Positions 45,608-54,809 of a stretch of DNA of 64,000 nt are shown here, in pieces. The notes below the pieces were generated by a model. That model was not told where the DNA came from. It saw nothing but the letters and a program-made list of their open reading frames with translations, and did not search any database. This DNA is from Christensenellaceae bacterium (lineage in GTDB: Bacteria > Bacillota > Clostridia > Christensenellales > Borkfalkiaceae). The stretch covers positions 177,588 through 241,587 of the forward strand of contig JAZNYF010000006.1 of the NCBI GenBank assembly GCA_045594285.1, read 5' to 3'. The position numbers were made by a program, and so were the translations under genes. Numbering within the stretch: position 1 is the first letter of the stretch; each line of letters opens with the position of its first letter.

Positions 45608-48130
45608 ATGAAAAAGTTGAGTTTTATTAGCGGTAAAAAATTTATAATATCATTGCTTATTATTGCCCTGACGATGTCTGCGGCAAGTTTTGGGCTTTTT
45701 AATTTCGTTAAACCAGTAAGTGCGGCAAATACTTCTATTCACCTACCCAAAAGTGATTTAGAATATAAAGCGCTCACTTCCCCCGTTGACGCCGTTCACG
45801 ACAAAAATTATACGGCAATCGTTCACGACGCATCACTTTTAGTTTACGTCGGCGGAGAGTATAAAGCGCCCGTTACCAACTTTACTTCTATCAAGCAAGT
45901 TAAAAAACTCGACAATGCAACGGTAATCGTTTCCGACAACGGCAGCCTATACCAAATCCCCGTGCACAACCTTTCAATAAAGAGTGCAATGTTGGATACT
46001 AACAACAACGTTATCGGTGGTAACTATTTTGATATTAGTTCAAAATATCTAGTAACCGCGTACGGCACGGACGGCGCAATTTATTCTAAATCAGGTGGCC
46101 GATACACTTATCTATCAAAACTTACCCTTGACGGCGACAAGCCTATTGCCACGAACGAAAACGGCAAAATCTTCTTTGTAAACGACGGTATATATATGGT
46201 TGATGCAACCGCACCGCAAGATACGGCGGTTAAAATTTCCGACCACGTACCGAATAAGATGATTGCCGATAATCAAAACGTTTACTACCTAATCAACGGC
46301 AGCAGCAACGTTTATAAATTAGAAATTGCAAACGGGCATATGCACGAACTAATTGCAAGTGCGCCCGATTACGACTTGGGCAACCTTATCACCCCTAGCG
46401 GAATTTCTTTCAACGATGGAAACTTAATCGTAACCGACAGCACGCAAAATACCGTTCAAGAATTTGCTGTTCTAAATAACGAATTGACTTTTACTGGTTT
46501 TGCTATTGCTAAAAACAAAACCGCTTACAACAGAATTTCACCTAACGCCACTGACGTTGAAAAACAAGGCGACACTGTTGCGGTTTTAGACAACTATAAA
46601 ATTACCGTTATTAAAAACGCATCAAAAAGCGATTATTCCAAAGATAATTACGCTAACTTTATAATGGGTAAGAACGTTGAAAAGAACATTCAATACTTTA
46701 CGCTTGGTACTTCTAAAATACTTTATTCAACCACAGCAACTAAAATAAAAATGCTTAACCTAGAAAGCGCGACTGAAACCGAAGTTACTTTGCCAGTCTC
46801 TAGCGTTTTAGTTGACGATATGTTCTATCAAAGCGGAACTTTCTATCTCTTGGTACACACAAGCACTTCATCAATCGTATACGCAATTGATGAAAAGGAT
46901 AATAGCGCAACTTTAAAAGAACTAATCAATCAGTCTAACTCAAGCCATTTCAGCGCAATAGCCGTTGACGTAATGGATAATATTTATTTAGCCGACCAAA
47001 ACGGCGTTAAAAAATATTCGCTAGATGATGAAAATAAATACGCGTTAGATTTTGGGCTTGCAGTAACTGGCGTTCAAAAAATGCAAACCGACCTTGGTGG
47101 CAAGGTGTTTATGTTGACTAACGGCGCGGTTAGAGTGTTTGACGGTTCTTCAACCATAAAAACCGCTACCCCCGCAGCCTATATCGACGGCGACCTTTTA
47201 AGTTCATTTGCACTTAACTATGAAAAGAGTGAAGTTTTCCTTTTGTTTAAGGGTAAAGAGTACTTATGCACTAACGGCGGTATTACCAACGACGCACTCG
47301 ATAAAGCAGCAGTCGCAGACAGCGTTTATATAACGAGTGGCGAAAACGCCGATATAGACCGTTTAATGCTTGTTAAAATTAGAGACGGTGCTAACGTGTA
47401 CGCGGTTAATAAAAATGAGCAAAAACTTGCATACAAAGGCTTAACTAAAGTAGAGAGCGAATACGTTTACGTGTGCGACGTGCGCTTTAGCAGCACGCTT
47501 ACGATGTGTGCCGTTTACGGAAATAACGGTTTGGCGCTTGTAAATAAAGCGGATATGCGAAACTACAGCGCGGAAGAACTAACCGCTCCTAAAGAAGTTA
47601 TAGTTTCAACTGACGTAAACGCTTACTTTATGCCGCTTGTAACTAAAGACGGTGAGTTCAGTTTAAGCGGCGAAAACGTAAGACTTGCTAAAAATACAAG
47701 CCTTTACCCCACTGCAAAAATAAGCGTTTTGGGTAGAGATTTCTATTACGCAACCGTAACGATAGCGGGCATTGAACGCACTTGTTTCGTACCCGTAGAC
47801 TTTACCGCACTAATGCTTGCAGATGAAGAACAACCCGAAAATTACATTTTGGAAACGGTAAAAGAAGTTACCCTTTATGAAGACGCTGCACTCACCACTG
47901 CAATTAAAACTATTGCAAACGGCAGCAAGGTAAAAGTTTTGTCTAAAGAAAACGGCGTTGCGTTTATTAAAGTGGAAATAGACGGTCAAGATTATTGTGG
48001 ATATATAAGTGAAAGCGCAATTAGTAACGAACCGCAAATTATGGTTAGAAATATGCTTTTAATCATAGGTGCAACCGCAGTCGTTGCTGGAACTTTAACT
48101 TACTTTATTACGAAAAAGAAAAAACGATAA
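45608..48130 (+). CDS. Large hypothetical surface protein (signal anchor, beta-rich repeats, SH3b-like domain, C-terminal TM anchor)
   Basis: 840 aa with an N-terminal hydrophobic segment, long beta-strand-rich Asn/Gly/Tyr-rich sequence, and C-terminal LLIIGATAVVAGTLTYFITKKKKR. Confidence 0.55.
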   Translation: MKKLSFISGKKFIISLLIIALTMSAASFGLFNFVKPVSAANTSIHLPKSDLEYKALTSPVDAVHDKNYTAIVHDASLLVYVGGEYKAPVTNFTSIKQVKKLDNATVIVSDNGSLYQIPVHNLSIKSAMLDTNNNVIGGNYFDISSKYLVTAYGTDGAIYSKSGGRYTYLSKLTLDGDKPIATNENGKIFFVNDGIYMVDATAPQDTAVKISDHVPNKMIADNQNVYYLINGSSNVYKLEIANGHMHELIASAPDYDLGNLITPSGISFNDGNLIVTDSTQNTVQEFAVLNNELTFTGFAIAKNKTAYNRISPNATDVEKQGDTVAVLDNYKITVIKNASKSDYSKDNYANFIMGKNVEKNIQYFTLGTSKILYSTTATKIKMLNLESATETEVTLPVSSVLVDDMFYQSGTFYLLVHTSTSSIVYAIDEKDNSATLKELINQSNSSHFSAIAVDVMDNIYLADQNGVKKYSLDDENKYALDFGLAVTGVQKMQTDLGGKVFMLTNGAVRVFDGSSTIKTATPAAYIDGDLLSSFALNYEKSEVFLLFKGKEYLCTNGGITNDALDKAAVADSVYITSGENADIDRLMLVKIRDGANVYAVNKNEQKLAYKGLTKVESEYVYVCDVRFSSTLTMCAVYGNNGLALVNKADMRNYSAEELTAPKEVIVSTDVNAYFMPLVTKDGEFSLSGENVRLAKNTSLYPTAKISVLGRDFYYATVTIAGIERTCFVPVDFTALMLADEEQPENYILETVKEVTLYEDAALTTAIKTIANGSKVKVLSKENGVAFIKVEIDGQDYCGYISESAISNEPQIMVRNMLLIIGATAVVAGTLTYFITKKKKR

Positions 48131-48193
48131 AAAAACCTAAAACCAAAAAAGCCAACCTATTTTTTAGGCTGGCTTTTCTTTTTTTAATAAAAC

Positions 48194-48898
48194 TCAATCA
48201 CTGTAAACGGTGGTATATTCTTCCCTATCGGGTATTATTTTAAGAAGTTCAAATTCTTCATCTGGGTCAAAATTGTCCGCATTTTCATAAGCGGCTAATT
48301 TTGAAATTGAAACTTCGTACGCGGTCAAAGTTTTTACTTGGTCATCGGTAACGCGCTTTTGGTACTCTCTACTTTGAATTCTTCCGCTTATTGCAATCTT
48401 TTCTCCAACGGCAAGGTTTTTAGCAAAACGCGCGTTTCTGCCCCACGCTATACACGGAATATAATCCGACTTGTTATAAGAGCGGTTTACAGCAATCAAA
48501 ATATCGGCAATTTCACGGTTAAACGGCGTTGTGCGGTATATAGGCGGCTTACAAATGTAACCAGTCAATACTATACTGTTTGGGTTTCTAACAGGCATAT
48601 CTTCAAGCAATTCTCTAACGAACACGGTAAGCATAAGTTTACTTTTTCCGTCAACCAACTTATTATAACTTCTAAACTGACCGAGAGCGTTAATAGTAAC
48701 ACCTACGCGCAAAGCGCCGTCTGAAATTAGTCGCTCTGACACGGTTACGGGTAAAATATCGCCTTGTCCTGAAAGTCTTTTAACGAGCACGTTCATCTCG
48801 TAAAAGCCTTCGCCGTAAACTTCGTGTGAAAATTCCGCTTCGGTAACGATTTCACCACTGATGAAAACTCTGTTGTTTTTTTCTTGCATAATGTTCAT
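48194..48898 (-). CDS. SSB-like protein with two OB folds and no acidic C-terminal tail
   Basis: The second half (NSIVLTGYICKPPIYRTTPFNREIADILIAVNR..YIPCIAWGRNARFA..ISGRIQSREY) follows the SSB OB-fold pattern. The first half repeats it more weakly. Confidence 0.55.
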   Translation of the reverse strand: MNIMQEKNNRVFISGEIVTEAEFSHEVYGEGFYEMNVLVKRLSGQGDILPVTVSERLISDGALRVGVTINALGQFRSYNKLVDGKSKLMLTVFVRELLEDMPVRNPNSIVLTGYICKPPIYRTTPFNREIADILIAVNRSYNKSDYIPCIAWGRNARFAKNLAVGEKIAISGRIQSREYQKRVTDDQVKTLTAYEVSISKLAAYENADNFDPDEEFELLKIIPDREEYTTVYSD

Positions 48899-48923
48899 AT
48901 ATAAATTTCCTCCAAAGAATTTC

Positions 48924-49685
48924 TTACGAATTTTTTACTTGCGTTCCGTCCGAACGAATTTGATAATTATCTTTATAAATAAGTTCGCTTATCGGCACGA
49001 ACGTATATCCTTCATTTAATAAGTAATCGATGATTTTAGGGAGTGCTTCAGCCGTGTGCTTGCCTTGATTGTGGAAAAGCACTATCGAACCACCCTTTAC
49101 CCTTTCCGTTACCCTTTTATAGATCTCGTTTGCGGATAAATCTTTCCAGTCCAAACTATCCACGTCCCACTGAATAGTGTATAAATTAAGGGATTTGGCA
49201 GTGTTTAATAATAGGTCGTTATACTCGCCAAAGGGTGCGCGGAAAACTTCAACTTTTTTACCAGTAATATCTTCAATAGCCTTTGTAGAAGTTATAAGTT
49301 CACTTTCCATTTTTTCTTTTGAGAGTTTGCTCATATGCGGATGAGTTGCCGAGTGAGTGCCTATCTCATGCCCCGCATCGCTAATTTTCTTAATATAATC
49401 GGGGTGTTTCCTAGTCCAAAATTCCACGCAAAAAAACGTACAAGTTACGCCCTTTTCCGTCAATATTTCAAGCAGTTTATCTGTGTAATCAACGCCCCAC
49501 GCGCAGTCGAAAGAAATGGATAACTTTTTATCTTCTCTCTCCACCCTATAAATAGGCAATTCTTTTGTTTTGGCGCTTACTTCAATAGCCCCACCACTAA
49601 ATATAATAATAAAGATTATTACTCCCGCTAAAAGCGTGCAAGTAGTGGTTAAAAATATACGCTTTTTTATTGCTGTAATAAGCAT
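48924..49685 (-). CDS. Polysaccharide deacetylase (NodB domain), membrane anchored
   Basis: LSISFDCAWG, GHEIGTHSATHPH and LFHN motifs, with an N-terminal TM helix. Confidence 0.8.
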   Translation of the reverse strand: MLITAIKKRIFLTTTCTLLAGVIIFIIIFSGGAIEVSAKTKELPIYRVEREDKKLSISFDCAWGVDYTDKLLEILTEKGVTCTFFCVEFWTRKHPDYIKKISDAGHEIGTHSATHPHMSKLSKEKMESELITSTKAIEDITGKKVEVFRAPFGEYNDLLLNTAKSLNLYTIQWDVDSLDWKDLSANEIYKRVTERVKGGSIVLFHNQGKHTAEALPKIIDYLLNEGYTFVPISELIYKDNYQIRSDGTQVKNS

Positions 49686-49790
49686 TATATAATACCGCCT
49701 AAAGAGAATTTTGTATTACTTTGTCAAAATACAAATAATTTTGCTACTAAATAAAAATATGCTCGCCAAAATATAATTATGACGAGCACA

Positions 49791-49823
49791 AAAGAAAGCC
49801 CTTGGTAAAAAACCAAGGGCTTT
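49791..49823 (-). terminator. Terminator after LRR lipoprotein A
   Basis: AAAGCCCTTGG-TAAAAAA-CCAAGGGCTTT (11 bp). Confidence 0.7.
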
Positions 49824-49852
49824 AAGTTATAAATTAAATTGTCAGTTAAAAA

Positions 49853-50611
49853 CTATTTAGCGATACGGAACCAGTGGAAGTCCCCATCACCGTTACCACG
49901 GCTTGCATCGTGATCTCTAAACATCTTTGCAACCGTTTCAGCGTTAGCCATTACGCTTTCACTTCTATAATCATCATCAGAAGGGCTCTTGCTGTACGCT
50001 TTATTGATAACCCAGTCAGAAGTTACCGTAAGGATTGCGCGTTCAAGACCTTTTATCATAAAGGCTTGCGGATAAATATGATGCACGGTGCTGGGAATAG
50101 TTACAACGCCGATTGAAGTATCATAGAATGCTCTAGTATAAATTTCTTCAAGACCATCAGGAAGAGTAACGCTCTTAATTGCCACGCCGTTAAACGCATC
50201 TTGCCCGATAAACTTAACGGGCGCGTTTTCCATCTTAGTAGGAATAACAACGTTTTCAACGAAAACGCCTTCTTCAAAACCTAAAATGGTGCAAAAACCA
50301 GTATTCTTATTGATAGCGTATCTTAAACCTTGGGTGTAAACTTCTTCAGCAGAACAGAATTTACATACGTGGTCAATATAATCGTGTGCGGGGCTACCTA
50401 AAACGTAAGTATCAGTTCCCTTTTCACCACATTCACAAGTATAGTAATACTTAGCAGCGGCAGTGCAAGTTGCTGGTTGCGCAAGCGTATCTGCACTTGC
50501 ACTCTTTACGGTGAAAGAGTGTTTATGACCAGTATCACCACATGCAAAGAGTGAAGTTACGGCAACAATGCTTAACGCTAAAGCAATAATTTTAACGATA
50601 ATTTTTTTCAT
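49853..50611 (-). CDS. BspA-type leucine-rich-repeat lipoprotein, paralog A (long N-module)
   Basis: Lipobox LFAC|G, Cys-rich module ATCTAAAKYYYTCECGEKG..HDYIDHVCKFCS, and LRR_5-like repeats (IGQDAF..VTLPDGLEEIYTRAF..VTIPSTV). C-terminus ends WFRIAK. Confidence 0.75.
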   Translation of the reverse strand: MKKIIVKIIALALSIVAVTSLFACGDTGHKHSFTVKSASADTLAQPATCTAAAKYYYTCECGEKGTDTYVLGSPAHDYIDHVCKFCSAEEVYTQGLRYAINKNTGFCTILGFEEGVFVENVVIPTKMENAPVKFIGQDAFNGVAIKSVTLPDGLEEIYTRAFYDTSIGVVTIPSTVHHIYPQAFMIKGLERAILTVTSDWVINKAYSKSPSDDDYRSESVMANAETVAKMFRDHDASRGNGDGDFHWFRIAK

Positions 50612-50713
50612 TTAACATCATCTCCTTTTTTTATCTAGATAATTTTATCATAAATACAATGGTCGGTCAATGTACAATTTTAATATTTGGCTATCATTTT
50701 AGCACAATTCTAC

Positions 50714-50744
50714 GAAAAAACAGCAAGAACGCATCGTTCTTGCC
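50714..50744 (-). terminator. Terminator after paralog B
   Basis: GCAAGAACG-CAT-CGTTCTTGC plus a U-run on the minus strand. Confidence 0.7.
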
Positions 50745-50762
50745 GTAAAAGTATGAATTTTA

Positions 50763-51413
50763 TTATTTATCAACGCGGAACCAAGTTTTATTTGCTCCAC
50801 CATCTTGATGACGGTCGTTATAATCTTTGAAGTGAGTTGCAGCCGCCGTAGAACTGCCGGTAATTGAAGTTGGAACTTTTTGGTCGTCAGAAGGATTAGA
50901 AGAAATAAACTTATTCCAGTACCAACCATCTTTTACTACAAAAGTTACGTTAGTAATACTCTTTGTAAAGAACGCTTCACCGTAAATTGCTTTTACCGTG
51001 CTTGGAATAGTTACAACCGTAAGAGCGGAATTTCTAAAAGCACCAGTCATAATCATTTCAAGCCCTTCAGGTAAAGTAATTTTTGTAAAAGTTGCATTTT
51101 CAAATGCGCTTGCACTAATAGTTTTAACGGGCTTATTTTCCATCTTAGTAGGAATAATTACGTGCATGGGAACTTCCACACCTTCTTCAAACCCTAAAAT
51201 CGTGCAAGTATTATTTTTACCAATAATATATTTTAAGCCTTCAGTATATTCTTCCACGTCCCCACAAGAGCATACGTGGTCGATATAATCGTGAACGTGT
51301 GCGGGTTCATCTCCACCACCGCCGCCAGCACCAGTATTGCCACAAGCGGTAAGCGTAAACAATGCTAAAAGGCTCAACGCTAAAGCAATAATTTTGAATA
51401 ATAATTTTTTCAT
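50763..51413 (-). CDS. BspA-type LRR lipoprotein, paralog B
   Basis: Lipobox LTAC|G, Gly linker GAGGGGGDEPAHVHDYIDHVCSCGD, LRR_5-like repeats; ends WFRVDK. Confidence 0.75.
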   Translation of the reverse strand: MKKLLFKIIALALSLLALFTLTACGNTGAGGGGGDEPAHVHDYIDHVCSCGDVEEYTEGLKYIIGKNNTCTILGFEEGVEVPMHVIIPTKMENKPVKTISASAFENATFTKITLPEGLEMIMTGAFRNSALTVVTIPSTVKAIYGEAFFTKSITNVTFVVKDGWYWNKFISSNPSDDQKVPTSITGSSTAAATHFKDYNDRHQDGGANKTWFRVDK

Positions 51414-51520
51414 TTTTATCCCCTTATAACATTTATATAATTATTTTAACATATTTAAACGCTTTGTCAATTGTGTTTTTTAATTTCTATTTGTGTTTTT
51501 TATACTTTTTAATTATAAAC

Positions 51521-51553
51521 AAAAAACGAACGGAAAATATCCATTCGTTTTTT
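51521..51553 (-). terminator. Terminator after paralog C
   Basis: CGAAUGG/CCGUUCG stem on the minus strand (one G-U pair) plus a U-run. Confidence 0.65.
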
Positions 51554-51570
51554 AGTACTATAATATTATA

Positions 51571-52323
51571 TTATTCGTAAACGCGGAAGAAAGAGTAAGT
51601 TTTTTCTTTTCTAACTTCAGAAGCCCAGTCGTCGACTGCCTTATTTCCTATAAACTTTTCAGGTTTATAACATTCATCAATATCTTTACCAGCGGTGATG
51701 AACTTATTTCTATACCAGTGATAAGGGTTTACAAAATATATCTTGTCAAATTTTTCACAACCGTAAAACGCAGTTGCTCCAACAAATTCTACGGTTGACG
51801 GAATTGATATTGTTGCTAAATTATCAGCGTTTTCAAATGCGCCCATTTCAATTCTCTTTAAACCTTCAGGAAGTTTAATAGACTTAATATCACTATCTTT
51901 AAACGCGTTAGCAGAAACAATTTCAACCGGCTTATTTTCAAACTTTTGCGGAACTATAATTTCGGTTTCAGTAGCAGTACCTTTACCCCTTAAAACCGCT
52001 TGTCCGTTATTATTAACGAAGAAGTTTAAGCCTTCGGTGTAAACTTCTGCTTTACCACAAACAGTACAAACGTGGTCTATATAATTGCAGTATGCAGGAC
52101 CCATTTCAAAGGTTTCCGTCCCCTTTTCGCCAGCCTTGTTAGAAAAATAATACTTTGCGGGAGTGGTGCAAGTTGCCGGTTGTGCAAGATAATTTGCGCT
52201 AACTCTTCTATAAGCGTAATCTCCACCACCACCGCCAGCGCCAGTATCACCACAAGCAACAAGTGATGAAATTGCTAAAAGGCTTAACGCCAAAGCAATA
52301 ATTTTAACAATAATTTTTTTCAT
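51571..52323 (-). CDS. BspA-type LRR lipoprotein, paralog C (long N-module)
   Basis: Lipobox LVAC|G, Gly linker, ATCTTPAKYYF..CNYIDHVCTVCG, LRR repeats; ends FFRVYE. Start set to the ATG at 52321-52323, 9 nt after AGGAGA. Confidence 0.75.
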   Translation of the reverse strand: MKKIIVKIIALALSLLAISSLVACGDTGAGGGGGDYAYRRVSANYLAQPATCTTPAKYYFSNKAGEKGTETFEMGPAYCNYIDHVCTVCGKAEVYTEGLNFFVNNNGQAVLRGKGTATETEIIVPQKFENKPVEIVSANAFKDSDIKSIKLPEGLKRIEMGAFENADNLATISIPSTVEFVGATAFYGCEKFDKIYFVNPYHWYRNKFITAGKDIDECYKPEKFIGNKAVDDWASEVRKEKTYSFFRVYE

Positions 52324-52426
52324 CAATCATTATCTCCTATTATCATTTAATCCATTTTAACATAATTATAACAGTCGGTCAATGTACAATTTTAATATTT
52401 GACTGTGTTTTTAGCACAATTATATG

Positions 52427-52457
52427 AAAAAAGCGAACGATAGTAATCGTTCGCTTT
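52427..52457 (-). terminator. Terminator after paralog D
   Basis: AGCGAACGA-TAGTAA-TCGTTCGCT. Confidence 0.7.
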
Positions 52458-52476
52458 AATTAAAATTAAAGTTAAA

Positions 52477-53121
52477 TTATTTAACTATACGATACCAAAC
52501 CAAGTTACCGCCGTTATCGGCTCTATCAGTATCGGTTAAAGTTTTTGCGATTCCTTGTGCATTTGCCATTGTAGACGCTTTTACTGCATTTGCAGGGTCG
52601 GGTGAAGCCATGTAATGACGACCACGATACCAGCCTTCGGTTTGAGTAAAGTTAACAGTTCCAAGGTGCGGAGCGTTAAGTGCTTGAACGTGAATTTGTT
52701 CAACTGATGCAGGAATAGTGATTGCATTGAGATTGCTACCAACAAAAGCGTAGTTGTAAATATAACGAAGTCCATCAGGAAGTCTTATAAACTTAAAGGT
52801 TGCGTCCTTAAATGCGTTTGCGCCGATTGCAACAACGGGCTTGCCGTTAATCTTTTGCGGGATATAAACTGTTTCAGGAACTTCTACTCCTTCTTCAAAA
52901 CCCAAAATACTAATAGTGCCGCCAGCAATTTCTTTATACCTTAAGCCTTCGGTATATTGTTCAACGTCCCCACAAGAACATACGTGGTCGATATAATCGT
53001 GAACGTGTGCGGGTTCATCCCCACCACCGCCGCCAGCACCAGTATCACCACAAGCAGTAAGCGTAAATAACGCACAGATAGCAAGCGTCATTGCTAAGAG
53101 TTTAGTTAAAAAGTTTTTCAT
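52477..53121 (-). CDS. BspA-type LRR lipoprotein, paralog D
   Basis: The first ~65 aa are nearly identical to paralog E (MKNFLTKLLAMTLAICALFTLTACGDTGAGGGGGDEPAHVHDYIDHVCSCGDVEQYTEGLRYKEI). Ends WYRIVK. Confidence 0.75.
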   Translation of the reverse strand: MKNFLTKLLAMTLAICALFTLTACGDTGAGGGGGDEPAHVHDYIDHVCSCGDVEQYTEGLRYKEIAGGTISILGFEEGVEVPETVYIPQKINGKPVVAIGANAFKDATFKFIRLPDGLRYIYNYAFVGSNLNAITIPASVEQIHVQALNAPHLGTVNFTQTEGWYRGRHYMASPDPANAVKASTMANAQGIAKTLTDTDRADNGGNLVWYRIVK

Positions 53122-53203
53122 TGTTTTTCTCCCTATTTTATCATATATTTATTCTATCATAGAATTATACAAAAATCAAGACTTTATTATATTTTTTGTA
53201 CTA

Positions 53204-53238
53204 AAAAAAGCGAACGAAAATACTTTTCGTTCGCTTTA
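53204..53238 (-). terminator. Terminator after paralog E
   Basis: AGCGAACGAAAA-TAC-TTTTCGTTCGCT. The stem ends match the paralog D terminator. Confidence 0.7.
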
Positions 53239-53255
53239 ATTAAATTAAAGTTAAA

Positions 53256-53909
53256 TTATTCAAATCTAGTCCAGAAACAAGCACCGGGCTTAGGATTGCC
53301 TTGGTTAGAAGTGTCGCAGTTGGTCAATCTATCAGCAAGTGCAGTTTTGCTTGCAAAGTATTCATCATCTTTAACACCACTCGCAGGTTTACTAGTAGGT
53401 GCGTGTCTCGTAACGTACCAACCATTAGTATTCAAGAAGATTGCTGAGCCTAAGTTTTTGGTATCAAATGCGTTAGGATAAATTTGTTTTAACGATGCGG
53501 GGAAAGTTATTGCGTTAAGCATACTATTAGTAAACGCATTAGAATAAATTACTTCAAGTCCTTCAGGAAGAACTATTTGTCTAAAGGTTGAGTTTTCAAA
53601 CGCGCTACCACCTATAGCAATTACCTTTTTGCCGTTAATCTTTTGCGGAATATAAACTGTTTCAGGTACTTCTGCACCTTCTTCAAAACCTAAAATGGTT
53701 ACACCGTTAGAAATTTCTTTATACCTTAAGCCTTCGGTATATTGTTCAACGTCCCCACAAGAACATACGTGGTCGATATAATCGTGAACGTGTGCGGGTT
53801 CGTCCCCACCACCGCCGCCACCAGCACCAGTGTCGCCACAAGCGGTAAGCGTAAACAACGCACAGATAGCAAGCGTCATTGCTAAGAGTTTAGTTAAAAA
53901 GTTTTTCAT
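53256..53909 (-). CDS. BspA-type LRR lipoprotein, paralog E
   Basis: Same N-terminal module as D with one extra Gly codon; LRR repeats; divergent C-terminus ending FWTRFE. Confidence 0.75.
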   Translation of the reverse strand: MKNFLTKLLAMTLAICALFTLTACGDTGAGGGGGGDEPAHVHDYIDHVCSCGDVEQYTEGLRYKEISNGVTILGFEEGAEVPETVYIPQKINGKKVIAIGGSAFENSTFRQIVLPEGLEVIYSNAFTNSMLNAITFPASLKQIYPNAFDTKNLGSAIFLNTNGWYVTRHAPTSKPASGVKDDEYFASKTALADRLTNCDTSNQGNPKPGACFWTRFE

Positions 53910-54001
53910 TGTTTTTTCTCCCTATTTTATTATGTATTTATTTTATCATAAAATTATACAAAAATCAAGGTTTTATTATATGTTTTGTGCTAAATTAAAA
54001 G

Positions 54002-54030
54002 AAAAAACCTTGCAAAATGCAAGGTTTTTT
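54002..54030 (-). terminator. Terminator after paralog F
   Basis: AACCTTGCA-AAA-TGCAAGGTT flanked by A/T runs. Confidence 0.75.
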
Positions 54031-54045
54031 ACGTGTTTCATAAAA

Positions 54046-54792
54046 TTAGTTACCAGTAGAACCCCAAACGATATTAGCGTTGCATTGAGAATTCCAACTA
54101 ATTGACCAGCTTGCAGGCTTTGCAGCAACTTCACAGTAAATGGTTGCGTCTTTATTTACGCTTGCAAAAACGGTGCTTTCCATTTCAGTTACGCTTGCAG
54201 GGATAACGATTTTGTTAAAGTTTGCAAGTGATGAAAATGCTTGTCCACAAATAGTAACTAACCCATCGTTTAAAAATGCTTGTTCTAAAGTAGAGTTTTG
54301 GAATGCGCCGTAACCGATAGTTTTGATATTCTTAGAGAGTTTTACAGTTTTAATAGCCGTGTTTTCAAACGCTCTTTCGCCTATAGCAACAACGGGAAGC
54401 CCGTCAATCTTTTCAGGGATAACAACGTCGGTTGCGTCTGCATCCCCTAAACCAGTAACTATCCAGCCAGTATCTTCAGCGTTGACTTCCAAACCTAAGT
54501 CTTGCGTTGAACCTTCGTTTTGACCGCAAATGGTGCAAGTATAGTTATTAAAGTCGTGTGCGTTTAAATCAGCAGCACCACTCTTAAAGGTATCCGTACC
54601 CATTTCACCACAAGTGCACGACTTAAAATAAGTTGCAGCATCTTTGCAAGTTGCGCCTTTCTTTAAATATTGACTTGCCACTTTTTCTTGATCGAATACG
54701 TGGGTGTGTCCTTCCCCGCCGCACGCTGCAAGTGAAAAAAGCATTGAAAGGCAAAGGATTGCCGTCATAATACGAGTAAATAATTTCTTCAT
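54046..54792 (-). CDS. BspA-type LRR lipoprotein, paralog F (long N-module, F/G subfamily)
   Basis: Lipobox LAAC|G, ATCKDAATYFKSCTCGEMG..HDFNNYTCTICG, LRR repeats; ends NIVWGSTGN. Start set to the ATG at 54790-54792, after GGAGA. Confidence 0.75.
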   Translation of the reverse strand: MKKLFTRIMTAILCLSMLFSLAACGGEGHTHVFDQEKVASQYLKKGATCKDAATYFKSCTCGEMGTDTFKSGAADLNAHDFNNYTCTICGQNEGSTQDLGLEVNAEDTGWIVTGLGDADATDVVIPEKIDGLPVVAIGERAFENTAIKTVKLSKNIKTIGYGAFQNSTLEQAFLNDGLVTICGQAFSSLANFNKIVIPASVTEMESTVFASVNKDATIYCEVAAKPASWSISWNSQCNANIVWGSTGN

Positions 54793-54809
54793 AATTTTCT
54801 CCATATATT

